From assembly GCA_963771355.1 (NCBI GenBank), contig CAVYTA010000006.1, positions 800,001-864,000 of the forward strand: 64,000 nucleotides of DNA. The letters are read 5' to 3'. This DNA comes from an uncultured Candidatus Rokubacteria bacterium. GTDB taxonomy: Bacteria > Methylomirabilota > Methylomirabilia > Rokubacteriales > CSP1-6. Each line of letters opens with the position of its first letter. The first letter of the stretch is position 1. A model generated the notes under the pieces. The model saw nothing but the letters and a program-made list of their open reading frames with translations. It did not search any database and was not told the DNA's origin. Positions 30,788-40,621 of this stretch are shown in pieces. Position numbers and translations under genes: made by a program.

Positions 30788-31511
30788 GGGCGCGCCTCGC
30801 GGCCGCGCGCGCCCTCGACGTCGCCGCCGGCCTTCTCCTCGCGGGCATCCTCGCCGCCTTCGTCCACCCGTGGGTCCGCCCGGAAGATCTCTTCATCGCG
30901 CTGGTCCTGGTGGGAGGGCTCCGTCTGCTGCTCCGCCCGCTGCCCGTTCCCGCCTTCGCGCCCCGCCGGATGGTGGCGATGGGGACGATCGCCTATACGC
31001 TGGTCTTCTCCTTCGTGAACCACCGCACTCCGTACCAGGCCTTCGTGCTGCCGTTCCTCGTCCTCGCCGCCATCACCGGCTATGCCCGTCTGCGCGTGGC
31101 GCGCCCCCGGCGCGCCCGCGCGGGCGGCGCTCGCGCTCGCGTTGCTGGCGAGCCTCGTCCTGTCTTCTCGCACGGTGAATCAGTTCGCGTTGTATCAGTG
31201 GTGGCCGGATGCTGATGACCGGGCCGCCTACCGCGTGCTCGCGCGCGTACCCGCGGAGGCGGCGGTGTCGGCGCAGGATCCCTACGTCCCGCACCTCGCG
31301 CTGCGCGCGCGCGTCTTCGTCTTTCCGGTGGGGATCGAGGTCAGCGACCACCTGCTGCTGAACCTGGCGTCGTACCCCTGGCCCGATCTGCCCGGGGTGA
31401 CCATGGCGCGGGCGGGGGACGGGATGGAGATCGTGACGGGAACGGGGGAGGGTCTATCGCTATGCCGTGGCCGCCGAGGACGGCCCTCACCTACTCTTGC
31501 GGCGGCGCTGA
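30784..31511 (+). pseudogene. Degraded membrane protein gene (DUF2079-like), two frameshifts and a probable internal deletion
   Basis: TM-rich frame from TTG 30784; shift near 31100 into a frame with VPAEAAVSAQDPYVPHLALR; shift at the G run 31444-31448 into GRVYRYAVAAEDGPHLLLRRR-stop. Confidence 0.65.
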
Positions 31512-33545
31512 CTCCGGCGGCGCCGGCGGCAAGCTCTCCGAGACCACCACACGATCGCGGCCCTCACGCTTGGCCCGGTACAGCGCGACATCGGCGGCGT
31601 GCAGGAGGGCCTCGCCCGCCGCGGCATGCTCGGGGAAGGCGGCGACGCCCAGCGAGATGGTGACGGGACCCAGGGGAGCGCCCCGATGGACGATACGCAG
31701 GCGATGGGCCGCCTCGCGCAGATCCTCGGCGCGGCGCACCGCGTCCTTGGCCGCGGCGCCCGGCAGCACGATGGCGAACTCCTCGCCGCCCACCCGGCAG
31801 GGCACGTCCTCCACGCGAACCTGACTGCGCAGGAGCCGCCCCAGCTCGGCCAGGAGCGCGTCCCCGGCGTCGTGTCCCTGGTCGTCGTTGAAGCGCTTGA
31901 AGTTGTCCACGTCGATGGTGATGATGGACAGCGGCAGGTTGTTACGGTGGGCCCGGCGCAGCTCGCGCTCCAGCGTCTCCTCCATGTAGCGCCGGTTGAA
32001 CAGGCTGGTGAGGTGGTCGCGCACCGACTGGGTGCGCAGCCGCTCGCGCAGGGCCAGGTTGGCGAGCGAGAGACCCAGCTTGTCCGCCGCGGAGCCGGCC
32101 ACGCGCTGCGCCTCCGAGCTGAAGGCGGGGCCGCCGGGGGCGCGCGAGAGATGGAGCACGCCCACCGCCTCGCCCTGCGCCACCAGAGGGATGCAGAGGT
32201 AAGCGCCGGGCAGGGGCGGCGCGAGGTGGGCACAGACGAGCGCGTCCTCGCTCTCCTCCACCACGTGGATGCGGCCGCGGCGGAGCGCCCAGCAGTCGGC
32301 GGGAGCGAAGATCGTTTCCCCTCCGGACCCGCCCTCGCCCCAGCTCACCACCGACTCCACGAGGTTGCGGGAGGAATTGATCACGTGCAGCGCGCCCGCG
32401 CCGCGGGGGAAGAGCGCCTCCAGCGAGCGGCGTACCACGCTGTACACCTCGGGCAGGGTGAGGCAGGCGTCCAGCAGGTCGCCCATCTCCTTGAGCTGCT
32501 GCTCGGTCTGGAGCAGCTGGACTAGGCGGTCGGACGCTTGCTTGCGGTCGGTGATGTCGATGATGGTGCCCTCGAAGTGCGGGTCGGCGGTGTCCGCCAT
32601 GTAGACCGCGCTCATGAGGGCCCAGACCGCCTCGCCGTTCCGCCGCTTGAGCGGCACCTCCACGTCGGTGATGGCCTCGCCGGTCAAGAGCCGCTGGAGG
32701 ATCCGTGTCATCGCCTCCCGGTCGGTGTGCAGATCAGCCGCGTTGCGGCCGCGCGCGTCCTCGACATTGCGATAGCCCAGCATGCGTGAGAAGGCGGGAT
32801 TGCACTCCAGCAGCACGCCTTCGCGATTGGTGCGGAAGATGCCGGACTGGCTCCGGTCGAAGAGAAGGCGGTAGCGCTCCTCGGCGGCCTTGAGCTCGGA
32901 CTCGGCGGCACGGCGGCGACTCAGGTCCATGCGGATGAGGAGCCCGGCGAACCCGATGAGGGCAATGGCGGAGAAGCAGCCCAATCCCACGATGAGGAGC
33001 GCGTTGCGCCGACTCGTCACTGCGCTGTCCGCCCGGTCGACGAGGAGACGATGCTCTTCCGCCTTCATGCGCAGGATCAGGGTGCGGATCTCGTCCATGG
33101 TCGACTGTCCCTGCTCGAGGAGCGCCTGCACGTCCAGACCGCCCTGATTGTCGCGCTCCCGCTCGGTGATGCTCTGGGCCACCAGGGCCAGCTTGCGCGC
33201 GATGAGGGGCTCGAGGAGGTCCAGCCGCTGTCGCTGGGCCGGGTTGTCGTCGGTGAGCCGGCGCGCCCGTGCGATCTCCTGACGCAAGGTGTCGCGCGCG
33301 ACCCGATAGGGCTCGAGGTAGTGGTCGGCCCCGGAGATGAGGAAGCCGCGCTCGCCGGTCTCCACGTCGATGATGCGCGCCAGGATGCTCTCCAGCGTCT
33401 GGAGGGTCTCGTGGGTCTCCTCCACGCGCTGCGCGTTCTGGCTGAGGTCGCCGAGACTCTTGAAGGAGGCGCCCGCGATGAGGACGAGCAGGGCCAGCGC
33501 GATGGAGAAGCCGATGGCGATCTTGTGGCCGAGGGTGAAGTTCAT
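31491..33545 (-). CDS. Membrane diguanylate cyclase (CHASE3-PAS-GAF-GGDEF)
   Basis: DVETGERGFL (CHASE3), PAS, CWALRRG (GAF), DVDNFKRFND.QGH.AGD, RVEDVPCRVGGEEF, ADVALY.AK. Confidence 0.95.
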   Translation of the reverse strand: MNFTLGHKIAIGFSIALALLVLIAGASFKSLGDLSQNAQRVEETHETLQTLESILARIIDVETGERGFLISGADHYLEPYRVARDTLRQEIARARRLTDDNPAQRQRLDLLEPLIARKLALVAQSITERERDNQGGLDVQALLEQGQSTMDEIRTLILRMKAEEHRLLVDRADSAVTSRRNALLIVGLGCFSAIALIGFAGLLIRMDLSRRRAAESELKAAEERYRLLFDRSQSGIFRTNREGVLLECNPAFSRMLGYRNVEDARGRNAADLHTDREAMTRILQRLLTGEAITDVEVPLKRRNGEAVWALMSAVYMADTADPHFEGTIIDITDRKQASDRLVQLLQTEQQLKEMGDLLDACLTLPEVYSVVRRSLEALFPRGAGALHVINSSRNLVESVVSWGEGGSGGETIFAPADCWALRRGRIHVVEESEDALVCAHLAPPLPGAYLCIPLVAQGEAVGVLHLSRAPGGPAFSSEAQRVAGSAADKLGLSLANLALRERLRTQSVRDHLTSLFNRRYMEETLERELRRAHRNNLPLSIITIDVDNFKRFNDDQGHDAGDALLAELGRLLRSQVRVEDVPCRVGGEEFAIVLPGAAAKDAVRRAEDLREAAHRLRIVHRGAPLGPVTISLGVAAFPEHAAAGEALLHAADVALYRAKREGRDRVVVSESLPPAPPESAPPQE

Positions 33546-34108
33546 GCCCGGGCCCTCGCCGCGGCGACGCGGGCGAGATGGCCCGCGCGGCTCTGCGCAT
33601 AGCACACCGCGAGGATGCCCGCGACCACCACCGGCCCTTCGTGGACCAGCCCGATCTTCTCCATCACCGCCCGCGAGCCGTGATTGTCCGGCCGCGCCAC
33701 CGCCACCACGCGGTCCAGGCCCAGCGCCTCGAAGCCGTGGCCCAGCGCCCGAGCCGCCGCTTCCGAGGCGAAGCCGCGGCCCCAGTACCGCTGCTCGAGG
33801 GCGTACAGGACCTCGACATCGAGCGGCGTGCCCTCGGGCCCGAGCTGGAGCGGGTTGAGCCCGCACTGGCCCATGACTTCGCCGGTGCGCCGGTCGGTGA
33901 TCGCCCAGATGCCCCAGCCGTGCGCCGTCCAGTGCTCGGCGAACCGCTGGAGCGAGCGCGAGGACCGGGCGCGGGCGGCCTCCCCATACCAGGGGCCATC
34001 GCCGAGCCAGCGCGTGACCTCGGGGTCGCCGTAGAGCCGGGCATGCGCCTCGGCGTCTCCCACGCCGAAGGGCCGTAGCACGAGGCGGTCGGTGGCGAGC
34101 GTGGTCAC
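33542..34108 (-). CDS. GNAT N-acetyltransferase (RimJ/RimL type)
   Basis: TDRLVLRP, YWGRGFASEAA, NHGSRAVMEKIG. Confidence 0.9.
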   Translation of the reverse strand: MTTLATDRLVLRPFGVGDAEAHARLYGDPEVTRWLGDGPWYGEAARARSSRSLQRFAEHWTAHGWGIWAITDRRTGEVMGQCGLNPLQLGPEGTPLDVEVLYALEQRYWGRGFASEAAARALGHGFEALGLDRVVAVARPDNHGSRAVMEKIGLVHEGPVVVAGILAVCYAQSRAGHLARVAAARARA

Positions 34109-34788
34109 CCGGTGGCCGGCCTCGCCGCGGCGCCCACGCGCCAGCCGAGATAGGACACGCCGAGGACGAGCGCGCCCAGCACCACCGAGGTCCCCACGGA
34201 AGAGAGATCCGCCATCCACTTCAGCGTGCCGCTCGAGAGCCCCACGAAGGCGAGGCCCACCACGGGGAGAACGGGAGCGCCGCAGCCCATCACCGTGCAC
34301 GCGCTGGTGGAGAGCCCGAGCACGCCCGACAGCGCCCCGAGCACGCCGCCGCTCGCCCCGGCGCGACGGAGGACAGGGGAGCGCTCCGCGCTCTCCCGGC
34401 GGTAGCTCCAGAGGGCGAAATAAGTGGCCACGATGAGGGCCAGCACCCCGAAGCGGACGAGATCGCCCGTCGTCACCGCGAAGCCCCACTCCACTCCGAA
34501 CGTCCCGTCGGCGGAGAACCAGAAGAGGGCGATGTCCCAGAGTCTCCAGAGCTTGTCGACGAGCGGCGGCTGCGGCGCCGCGAAGTAGTCGGGGAGCCGC
34601 TTGAGCCAGGGATTGAAGGTGAAGAAGTCCACCGGCTTGCGGGCCAGCGACAGGACCAGGGGCGGCACCAGGATGTCGAGGAGGAAGACGCCCAGGGCCA
34701 CGGCGACGAAGAGACGCCGGCGCGCGCCCACCGCGGTGAGCACTCCGCGAAGCGCCGTGCTGAAGGGTCGCGATACCCGTTCCACCAT
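34105..34788 (-). CDS. Hypothetical membrane protein with a C-x4-C motif
   Basis: About 4 hydrophobic segments; STSACTVMGCGAP; GTGA overlap with the GNAT gene. Confidence 0.7.
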   Translation of the reverse strand: MVERVSRPFSTALRGVLTAVGARRRLFVAVALGVFLLDILVPPLVLSLARKPVDFFTFNPWLKRLPDYFAAPQPPLVDKLWRLWDIALFWFSADGTFGVEWGFAVTTGDLVRFGVLALIVATYFALWSYRRESAERSPVLRRAGASGGVLGALSGVLGLSTSACTVMGCGAPVLPVVGLAFVGLSSGTLKWMADLSSVGTSVVLGALVLGVSYLGWRVGAAARPATG

Positions 34789-34905
34789 CGGCGATCCCGA
34801 TCCCGGGGCTCCTCTCCGCTACGAGCCTGATTATAAAGGGGCTGTGGGAGCAACGCCCAGGGAATTGGGACTGACGCGTCGCGGTACCCCCCAACCGCAT
34901 ACAAC

Positions 34906-34935
34906 TTGACACCATAGGCGGCGCTCGCGTATACG
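34906..34935 (+). promoter_or_regulatory. Sigma70-like promoter of the ABC operon
   Basis: TTGACA-N18-TATACG upstream of AAGGAGG and ATG 34984. Confidence 0.5.
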
Positions 34936-34983
34936 GCCCTTGATCCCGTCAGGTGATTCCGGCCCTCAACGAAGGAGGAACTC

Positions 34984-36378
34984 ATGGCTCCTGAAGTCAA
35001 TCGGCGCGATTTCCTGGCCCAGCTGGGCATCACCGTCGGCACCGCCGCAGCCGGGGTCAGCGCGACCGCCGCCGCGGTGGGCGCGATCCCGGTGCCGCTC
35101 CTCGGCGTTCGGGCCGCCCATGCCCAGACGGTCAAGGGCACCGTCCCGGACACGCCGTACAAGGTCGGCCACATGACCTTCTTCACCGGCGCCGGCGCGG
35201 TGCTGGGGGAGCCCTCTTACAAGGGGCATCTTCTCGCCGCCGAGGAGATCAACGCGCAGGGCGGTCTCCTCGGCAAGCGGAAGATCGAGACGCTCAAGGC
35301 CGACGAGAACGCCGGCACCGACGCCAACGTGAAGGAGATGCGTCGGATGAAGCTCTCCGAGAAGGTGGACCTCTTCACCGGGGTCATCTCCAGCGGCAAT
35401 ACGCCCGCGCTGGGGCCCGTCGCCGAGGAGCTCAAGCTGCTCACGATCTTCGTGGACGGCTGCACCGACTTCCTCTTCGACAAGGCGGTGCCGAACCCGC
35501 ACTACATCTTCCGCATCACCAACATGCAGTCGGCGGACGGTGTGACCTGCGCCATCGCCACCGCGATGACGTGGCCCAAGGTCAAGCGCATCGCGCACAT
35601 CCACCCCGACTACTCCTACGGCCGCAACGCCTTCGACCACTTCAACATCGTGATGAAGAAGATGGTGCCCGGGGCCCAGGTGGTGTCGGAGGGCTGGCCC
35701 AAGCTCGGGACCACCGACTTCACCTCCCACATCACCAAGACCATCGCCGCCAAGCCGGACCTCCTGGTGTCCTCGGTGTGGGGCGGCGACTACGTCGCGA
35801 TGTACAAGCAGGCCCTCCGCTACGACCTCTTCAAGAAGATGAAGTTCGCCAGCACCATCGCCTTCGGGGTGGCCCCGCACGCCATCGGCAAGGATCATCC
35901 GGAAGGCGCCATCGCGGGTGTCCACTCCAACTACTACTTCAACTACCCGCCCAACGGCCGCTGGCCGTACAACGACACCTTCGTGAAGAAGTACTACGAG
36001 CGCTGGAAGGAGTATCCGAACTTCCAGTCCGAGGGCGCCTACACCACGCTGTACATGCTCAAGACCGCGGTGGAGCGCGCCAACAAGCTGGCCGGCGGCT
36101 GGCCCGACGACGACGCGATCATCGGCCAGCTGGAAGGGCTGATGCATCCCGGCCCGGCGGGCTACCTCTATATCCGGCCGGACAACCACCAGGGTTACAA
36201 GGACGCGATGACCGGGTTCAGCATCAACCATCCGGACTATCCGTTCCAGATCCTCGATCCCAACCGGATCATCACCATTCCCATCCGCAATATCACGGCG
36301 CCTCCAGGCTGGCCCAAGGGCGAGCCCACCTCGACCTATACCTGGATCGACAAGACCTGGCCCCAGGTCAAGGTCTAG
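34984..36378 (+). CDS. Liv-type (HAAT family) ABC substrate-binding protein with Tat signal
   Basis: NRRDFL twin-arginine signal, EINAQGGLLG, DYSYGR, DFTSHI. Confidence 0.92.
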   Translation: MAPEVNRRDFLAQLGITVGTAAAGVSATAAAVGAIPVPLLGVRAAHAQTVKGTVPDTPYKVGHMTFFTGAGAVLGEPSYKGHLLAAEEINAQGGLLGKRKIETLKADENAGTDANVKEMRRMKLSEKVDLFTGVISSGNTPALGPVAEELKLLTIFVDGCTDFLFDKAVPNPHYIFRITNMQSADGVTCAIATAMTWPKVKRIAHIHPDYSYGRNAFDHFNIVMKKMVPGAQVVSEGWPKLGTTDFTSHITKTIAAKPDLLVSSVWGGDYVAMYKQALRYDLFKKMKFASTIAFGVAPHAIGKDHPEGAIAGVHSNYYFNYPPNGRWPYNDTFVKKYYERWKEYPNFQSEGAYTTLYMLKTAVERANKLAGGWPDDDAIIGQLEGLMHPGPAGYLYIRPDNHQGYKDAMTGFSINHPDYPFQILDPNRIITIPIRNITAPPGWPKGEPTSTYTWIDKTWPQVKV

Positions 36379-36448
36379 GGCCACACTGGAGTTCGGGAGG
36401 CGGCGGGTGCCGGTGCCCGCCGCCTCCCCGGTCCCGCCGCTCCCACCC

Positions 36449-38734
36449 ATGCGTTCCGTGAGCCGCCGGCTTCCCCCGCTGCTCGGCGCCCTCGCTCTCC
36501 TCCTCAGCGTGCCCGCCGAGGCGGGCCACGAGCTGCCCTTCTATCCCTCGTTCTACCCGCAGGAGATCCGCATCGAGGCGCTGGAGCCGGGCCTCGCCGC
36601 CGCCCAGCTCCGGTCGGGCACGCTCCACGCCTATCTCGGCGCGGATCCGTTCGGGGGCGGCCGACTGCCCGCCAACGTCGGCGCCGTCGAGTCGCTGGGC
36701 ACCTCCGTCGTCATCACCGTGAACCCGGCCGCGCCGGAGGGCCGCACCCGCGAGAGCCGCTGCGAGACACTGCACCGCGCCGCTCGCGCGCTGGGCGCTG
36801 CCCCGGGTTTCGTGGCGCACCCGTATCCGATCACACCCTTCCACCGCGACTTTCTCGAGCACTTCGACCTCATCCAGGCGCATCGCGCGGAGGTGACCGG
36901 CGTCAGGGAGGTCCCGGGCGCTCCCCTCCGCTTGCGGGCCAAGGGAGCCCTGGCGCGACGGCTCGTCGGCGCGCGTGCGGTCCCGGACGGCGGATCGTGG
37001 GACGCACTCGTGGAGGAGATCGAGCCCGCGGAGACGCCGGCCTGGAACGGGTGGCTGGCGCCCCCGTGGCTCAAGTCGGGCTGGGCGCACGCGCATCGAC
37101 TGCTGGCGCCGGCCCTGACGGACGCCGCCGCGCGCAAGGAAGCCGATCTCCTGTTCCAGCGCCTCGCCGCGGGCGCGCCCGCGGACCGCGGGGAGGCAGT
37201 GGAGGCCGGCCGGCGGCTGGTGGCGCGGCTCCTCGCCGAGTGCGCGCGCATGCCCGCCGGCTACGCGGTACGGCGCGAGGCCTACAGCGCGGAGTTCTCG
37301 GCGGGCATCGAGAACGTGGCGCACGACTCCCAGGCCGGGCTCGCCTCGCACATCTTCGTGCGAACGGCCAAGCTCAAGGATTTTCCGTGGAATGGGTGGT
37401 TGCGGGTAGGCCTGGCCGGCCGCGCGCAGGCGGCGTGGAATCCGCTGGGCGGCTTCACTGATCCGGCTGGGCGCCTGCTCTGGGCCGCGCTGGGCGACCC
37501 CGCGCTGCTGCCGGCCCCCGCGGGAGAGGGCTGGATCGGCAACCGGGTCACCATGCCGCCGGGGGCGGTGGAGACGGCCGCGGCGATCCCGGTGCCCGAG
37601 GACGCGCTGGCGCCCGAACCGGGCACGGGACTGCTCCGTGAGACCGGGAAGGGTCGGACCGCACGCACGCGCGTGACCTATCGCGTCTGGACCTCCGCCT
37701 TCCACGATAACTCGCGCATGACCCCGGCGGACATCGCGTACGCCTACAGCGTGGCGGCGCGCTGGGGCGGGAGCCGGCCCGGCGCCGGCGGGGACCACGA
37801 TGCCGGCGTGGAGGCCGCCACCGAATTCGCGCGTGGAGAGCTGATCGGCTTCCGCGTGCTGCGCGTGGAGACCGAGGTGCGCAAGTACAGCGACGTGACG
37901 TTCACCTATATCGTGCCGGTGGTGGAGGTGTACCTGGCCACGGCGGCCGGCGACGGCGAGTCCCTGGCCGCCTACGCGCCGCCGTGGAGCGCCGCGCCCT
38001 GGCCCCTCCTGGCCCTCATGGAGGAGGCGGCCCGGCGGGGCGTGGGCGCCTTCTCTGCCGCAGAGGCCAGGCGGCGCGGCATCCGCTGGCTGGATCTCGC
38101 TCGCGACCCGCGGGTCCGCGCCCAGCTGGACGCCATCGCCGCCGAGCTCGGCGGGCAGGGGCATGTCCCCCCCGCGCTGAAGCGCCTCGTGAATGCCGAC
38201 GAGGCGCAGACTCGCTGGGCTTCTCTGCGCGCCTTCGCGCAGAAGCGGGGCCACTTCCTCGTCACCAACGGGCCCTATCAGCTCGACAAGTGGACGGAGA
38301 CAGCGGTGGTCCTCTCGGTCTTCCGCGACTTCAGCTATCCGCTGGGCGTGGGGAGCTTCGACCGGTTCGCCATCCCACGCCGCGCCTACGCCACCCGCGT
38401 CCTTGCGCTGGCGGATCGCCTGGAAATTCAGGCGGACGTCGAGCGAGTGGAGAAGTTCCTCCGCGACTGGCGCCGGATACGCGAGCCCCTGGCCCCGCTG
38501 CCGGCGAGCGGCGACCGGCCGGAGATTCCCGTCTGCCGCTACGTCGTCATCGGGGCCGGGGGCGAGGTGGTGGCGGCCGGTTCCACCTCGGAGGTCGTGA
38601 ACAGCCGGCTGGTCATTCGGCCCGGCCGGCTCAAGCCGGGGGCGTACACGGTGCTGCTCGCGCTGGCGCTCGGCGACAACTGGGTGAATCCCGAGGTGAT
38701 GGTGACGAAGTATCGAGTTGACCCCGGCCCCTGA
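36449..38734 (+). CDS. Large secreted protein resembling family-5 (Opp/Dpp-like) solute-binding proteins
   Basis: Signal peptide (AEA-GHE), AWNPLGGFTD, FHDNSRMTPADIAY, VTNGPYQL; start uncertain. Confidence 0.6.
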   Translation: MRSVSRRLPPLLGALALLLSVPAEAGHELPFYPSFYPQEIRIEALEPGLAAAQLRSGTLHAYLGADPFGGGRLPANVGAVESLGTSVVITVNPAAPEGRTRESRCETLHRAARALGAAPGFVAHPYPITPFHRDFLEHFDLIQAHRAEVTGVREVPGAPLRLRAKGALARRLVGARAVPDGGSWDALVEEIEPAETPAWNGWLAPPWLKSGWAHAHRLLAPALTDAAARKEADLLFQRLAAGAPADRGEAVEAGRRLVARLLAECARMPAGYAVRREAYSAEFSAGIENVAHDSQAGLASHIFVRTAKLKDFPWNGWLRVGLAGRAQAAWNPLGGFTDPAGRLLWAALGDPALLPAPAGEGWIGNRVTMPPGAVETAAAIPVPEDALAPEPGTGLLRETGKGRTARTRVTYRVWTSAFHDNSRMTPADIAYAYSVAARWGGSRPGAGGDHDAGVEAATEFARGELIGFRVLRVETEVRKYSDVTFTYIVPVVEVYLATAAGDGESLAAYAPPWSAAPWPLLALMEEAARRGVGAFSAAEARRRGIRWLDLARDPRVRAQLDAIAAELGGQGHVPPALKRLVNADEAQTRWASLRAFAQKRGHFLVTNGPYQLDKWTETAVVLSVFRDFSYPLGVGSFDRFAIPRRAYATRVLALADRLEIQADVERVEKFLRDWRRIREPLAPLPASGDRPEIPVCRYVVIGAGGEVVAAGSTSEVVNSRLVIRPGRLKPGAYTVLLALALGDNWVNPEVMVTKYRVDPGP

Positions 38735-38756
38735 GCCCAGGCAGAGTATCGGCCCA

Positions 38757-39632
38757 ATGGATACCCTGGTGATCCACGCGCTGAACGCGTTGCTCTACGC
38801 GTCGGTGATGTTCCTCATCGCGGGCGGGCTCTCTCTCATCTACGGCGTCATGCGCATCGTCAATCTCGCCCACGGCAACCTCTACGCCTTCGGCGCCTAC
38901 GTGGCCGCGTGGGCGGCGGGCCTCGTCATCGCCCATCTGTCCACCGGTCTCGGCTACCTGGCTCTCGCCGCGGGCGCGGTGGCGGCGGCGGGACTGGGCG
39001 CCGTGCTCGAGCCCACCCTGCTGCGGCCGCTGTACCGTCGCGCGGAAGAGTACCAGCTGCTCATCACCTTCGGCCTCCTCCTCATCCTCGAGGACCTCAT
39101 GCGCCTCATCTGGGGGCCGTATCCGCTCTCGGTGAGCGCGCTCTACGAGGCCATGGGCAGCCTGACGGTGGGCGAATCCATCTATCCCACCTACAATCTC
39201 GCCGTCATCGCGGTGGGCGGGATTGCCGCCGCCGGGCTCTGGGCCTTCGTCTACCGCACGCAGTTCGGCGTGGTGCTTCGCGCCACCTCCCAGAACATGC
39301 GCATGGCCTCCGCGCTGGGCGTCGACGTCAACCGGGTCTACGTGCAGGCCTTCACGCTCGGCTGCTTCATGGCCGGGCTCGCCGGGGCCATCGTGGTACC
39401 TCAGCAGGGCGCGGTGCTCGGCATGGGGGTGGACGCGCTCATCCTCGCCTTCGTGGTGGTGGTGATCGGCGGGCTGGGCAGCCTCGAGGGCGCGCTGGTG
39501 GGCGCCCTCCTCGTGGGCGTGGTGCGCGAGGCGGGCATCACCTTCTTCCCGGAGATCGAGCTCGCCGTGCTCTATCTCATGGCCGCGGTGGTGCTGCTCG
39601 TCCGCCCCGCGGGACTCTTCGGGCGCGCATGA
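38757..39632 (+). CDS. Branched-chain amino acid ABC permease (LivH-like)
   Basis: GLSLIYGVMRIVNLAHG, VVIGGLGS, RPAGLFG. Confidence 0.92.
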   Translation: MDTLVIHALNALLYASVMFLIAGGLSLIYGVMRIVNLAHGNLYAFGAYVAAWAAGLVIAHLSTGLGYLALAAGAVAAAGLGAVLEPTLLRPLYRRAEEYQLLITFGLLLILEDLMRLIWGPYPLSVSALYEAMGSLTVGESIYPTYNLAVIAVGGIAAAGLWAFVYRTQFGVVLRATSQNMRMASALGVDVNRVYVQAFTLGCFMAGLAGAIVVPQQGAVLGMGVDALILAFVVVVIGGLGSLEGALVGALLVGVVREAGITFFPEIELAVLYLMAAVVLLVRPAGLFGRA

Positions 39633-40621
39633 GTCCCCTCGGCGCCCGGCCCCGCCGCCTGCTCGCCGTCGGCCTTCCCGCGGTCGCGCTCCTCATCGCC
39701 CTGCCCTTCCTGGCACCGCCCTACCAGACCGTGCTGCTCTCGTACGGGCTCGTCTTCGCGATCGCCGCGCTGGGCTTCAACCTCCTGCTGGGCTATACCG
39801 GTCTCCTGTCGTTCGGCCACTGCGCCTACTTCGGGGTCGGGGCCTATGCGGTGGCCCTGATGGTGAAGTACTTCAAGTGGTCCTCCATGGAGCTCTTCGT
39901 CGTGGGCGGAGTGCTCGCCTCCGCCTTCGTGTCCCTGGTGTTCGGCTTCCTCTGCGTCCGCTACACCCGCATCTTCTTCGGCATCCTCACCATGGCGCTC
40001 TCCCAGGTGCTGTGGAGCCTTGCCTTCAAGTTCTTCTGGGTCACCGGCGGATCCGACGGGCTGCGCGTGCCCACGCCGACCTTGCTGGGCGGCTTCGCGG
40101 CGCAGGGACCCCGCAGCGACAAGCTCGACTTCCTCTCCCACCGGTACTACTTCTACGTCCTCGCCCTCTTCGTGGTGGCGGTGGTGGTGATGTGGCTCAT
40201 CGTGCACTCGCCCTTCGGCAAGGCGCTCCAGGCCATCCGGGACAACGAGACGCGGGCCGAGTTCGTGGGCGTGCAGGTGCGGCGGTATCGCCTGGTCGCC
40301 TTCGTGGTGTCCGGGATCTATACCGGGCTCGCCGGCGCCCTCTGGGTGCCGCTCAATGGCCTGACCACCCCGGACATCCTGCACTGGACGTTCTCGGGCA
40401 AGATCGTCTTCTTCACCGTGCTGGGAGGCTTCCAGACCTTCGCCGGCCCCATCGTCGGCGCCATCGCCTACAACTACCTCGAGACCTACGCGGTGGGCCA
40501 TACCGTGTACTGGCAGCTGGTGCTGGGCGTGGTGCTGGTGGCCCTGGTGCTCGTCCTGCCCGCGGGCCTGGTGGGCAGCCTGCTGCGGTGGCTGCCGCGG
40601 TGGCGGAGGTCGACGACGTGA
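39629..40621 (+). CDS. Branched-chain amino acid ABC permease (LivM-like)
   Basis: NLLLGYTGLLSFGH, TGGSDG, SPFGKALQAIRDNE. Confidence 0.92.
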   Translation: MSPLGARPRRLLAVGLPAVALLIALPFLAPPYQTVLLSYGLVFAIAALGFNLLLGYTGLLSFGHCAYFGVGAYAVALMVKYFKWSSMELFVVGGVLASAFVSLVFGFLCVRYTRIFFGILTMALSQVLWSLAFKFFWVTGGSDGLRVPTPTLLGGFAAQGPRSDKLDFLSHRYYFYVLALFVVAVVVMWLIVHSPFGKALQAIRDNETRAEFVGVQVRRYRLVAFVVSGIYTGLAGALWVPLNGLTTPDILHWTFSGKIVFFTVLGGFQTFAGPIVGAIAYNYLETYAVGHTVYWQLVLGVVLVALVLVLPAGLVGSLLRWLPRWRRSTT

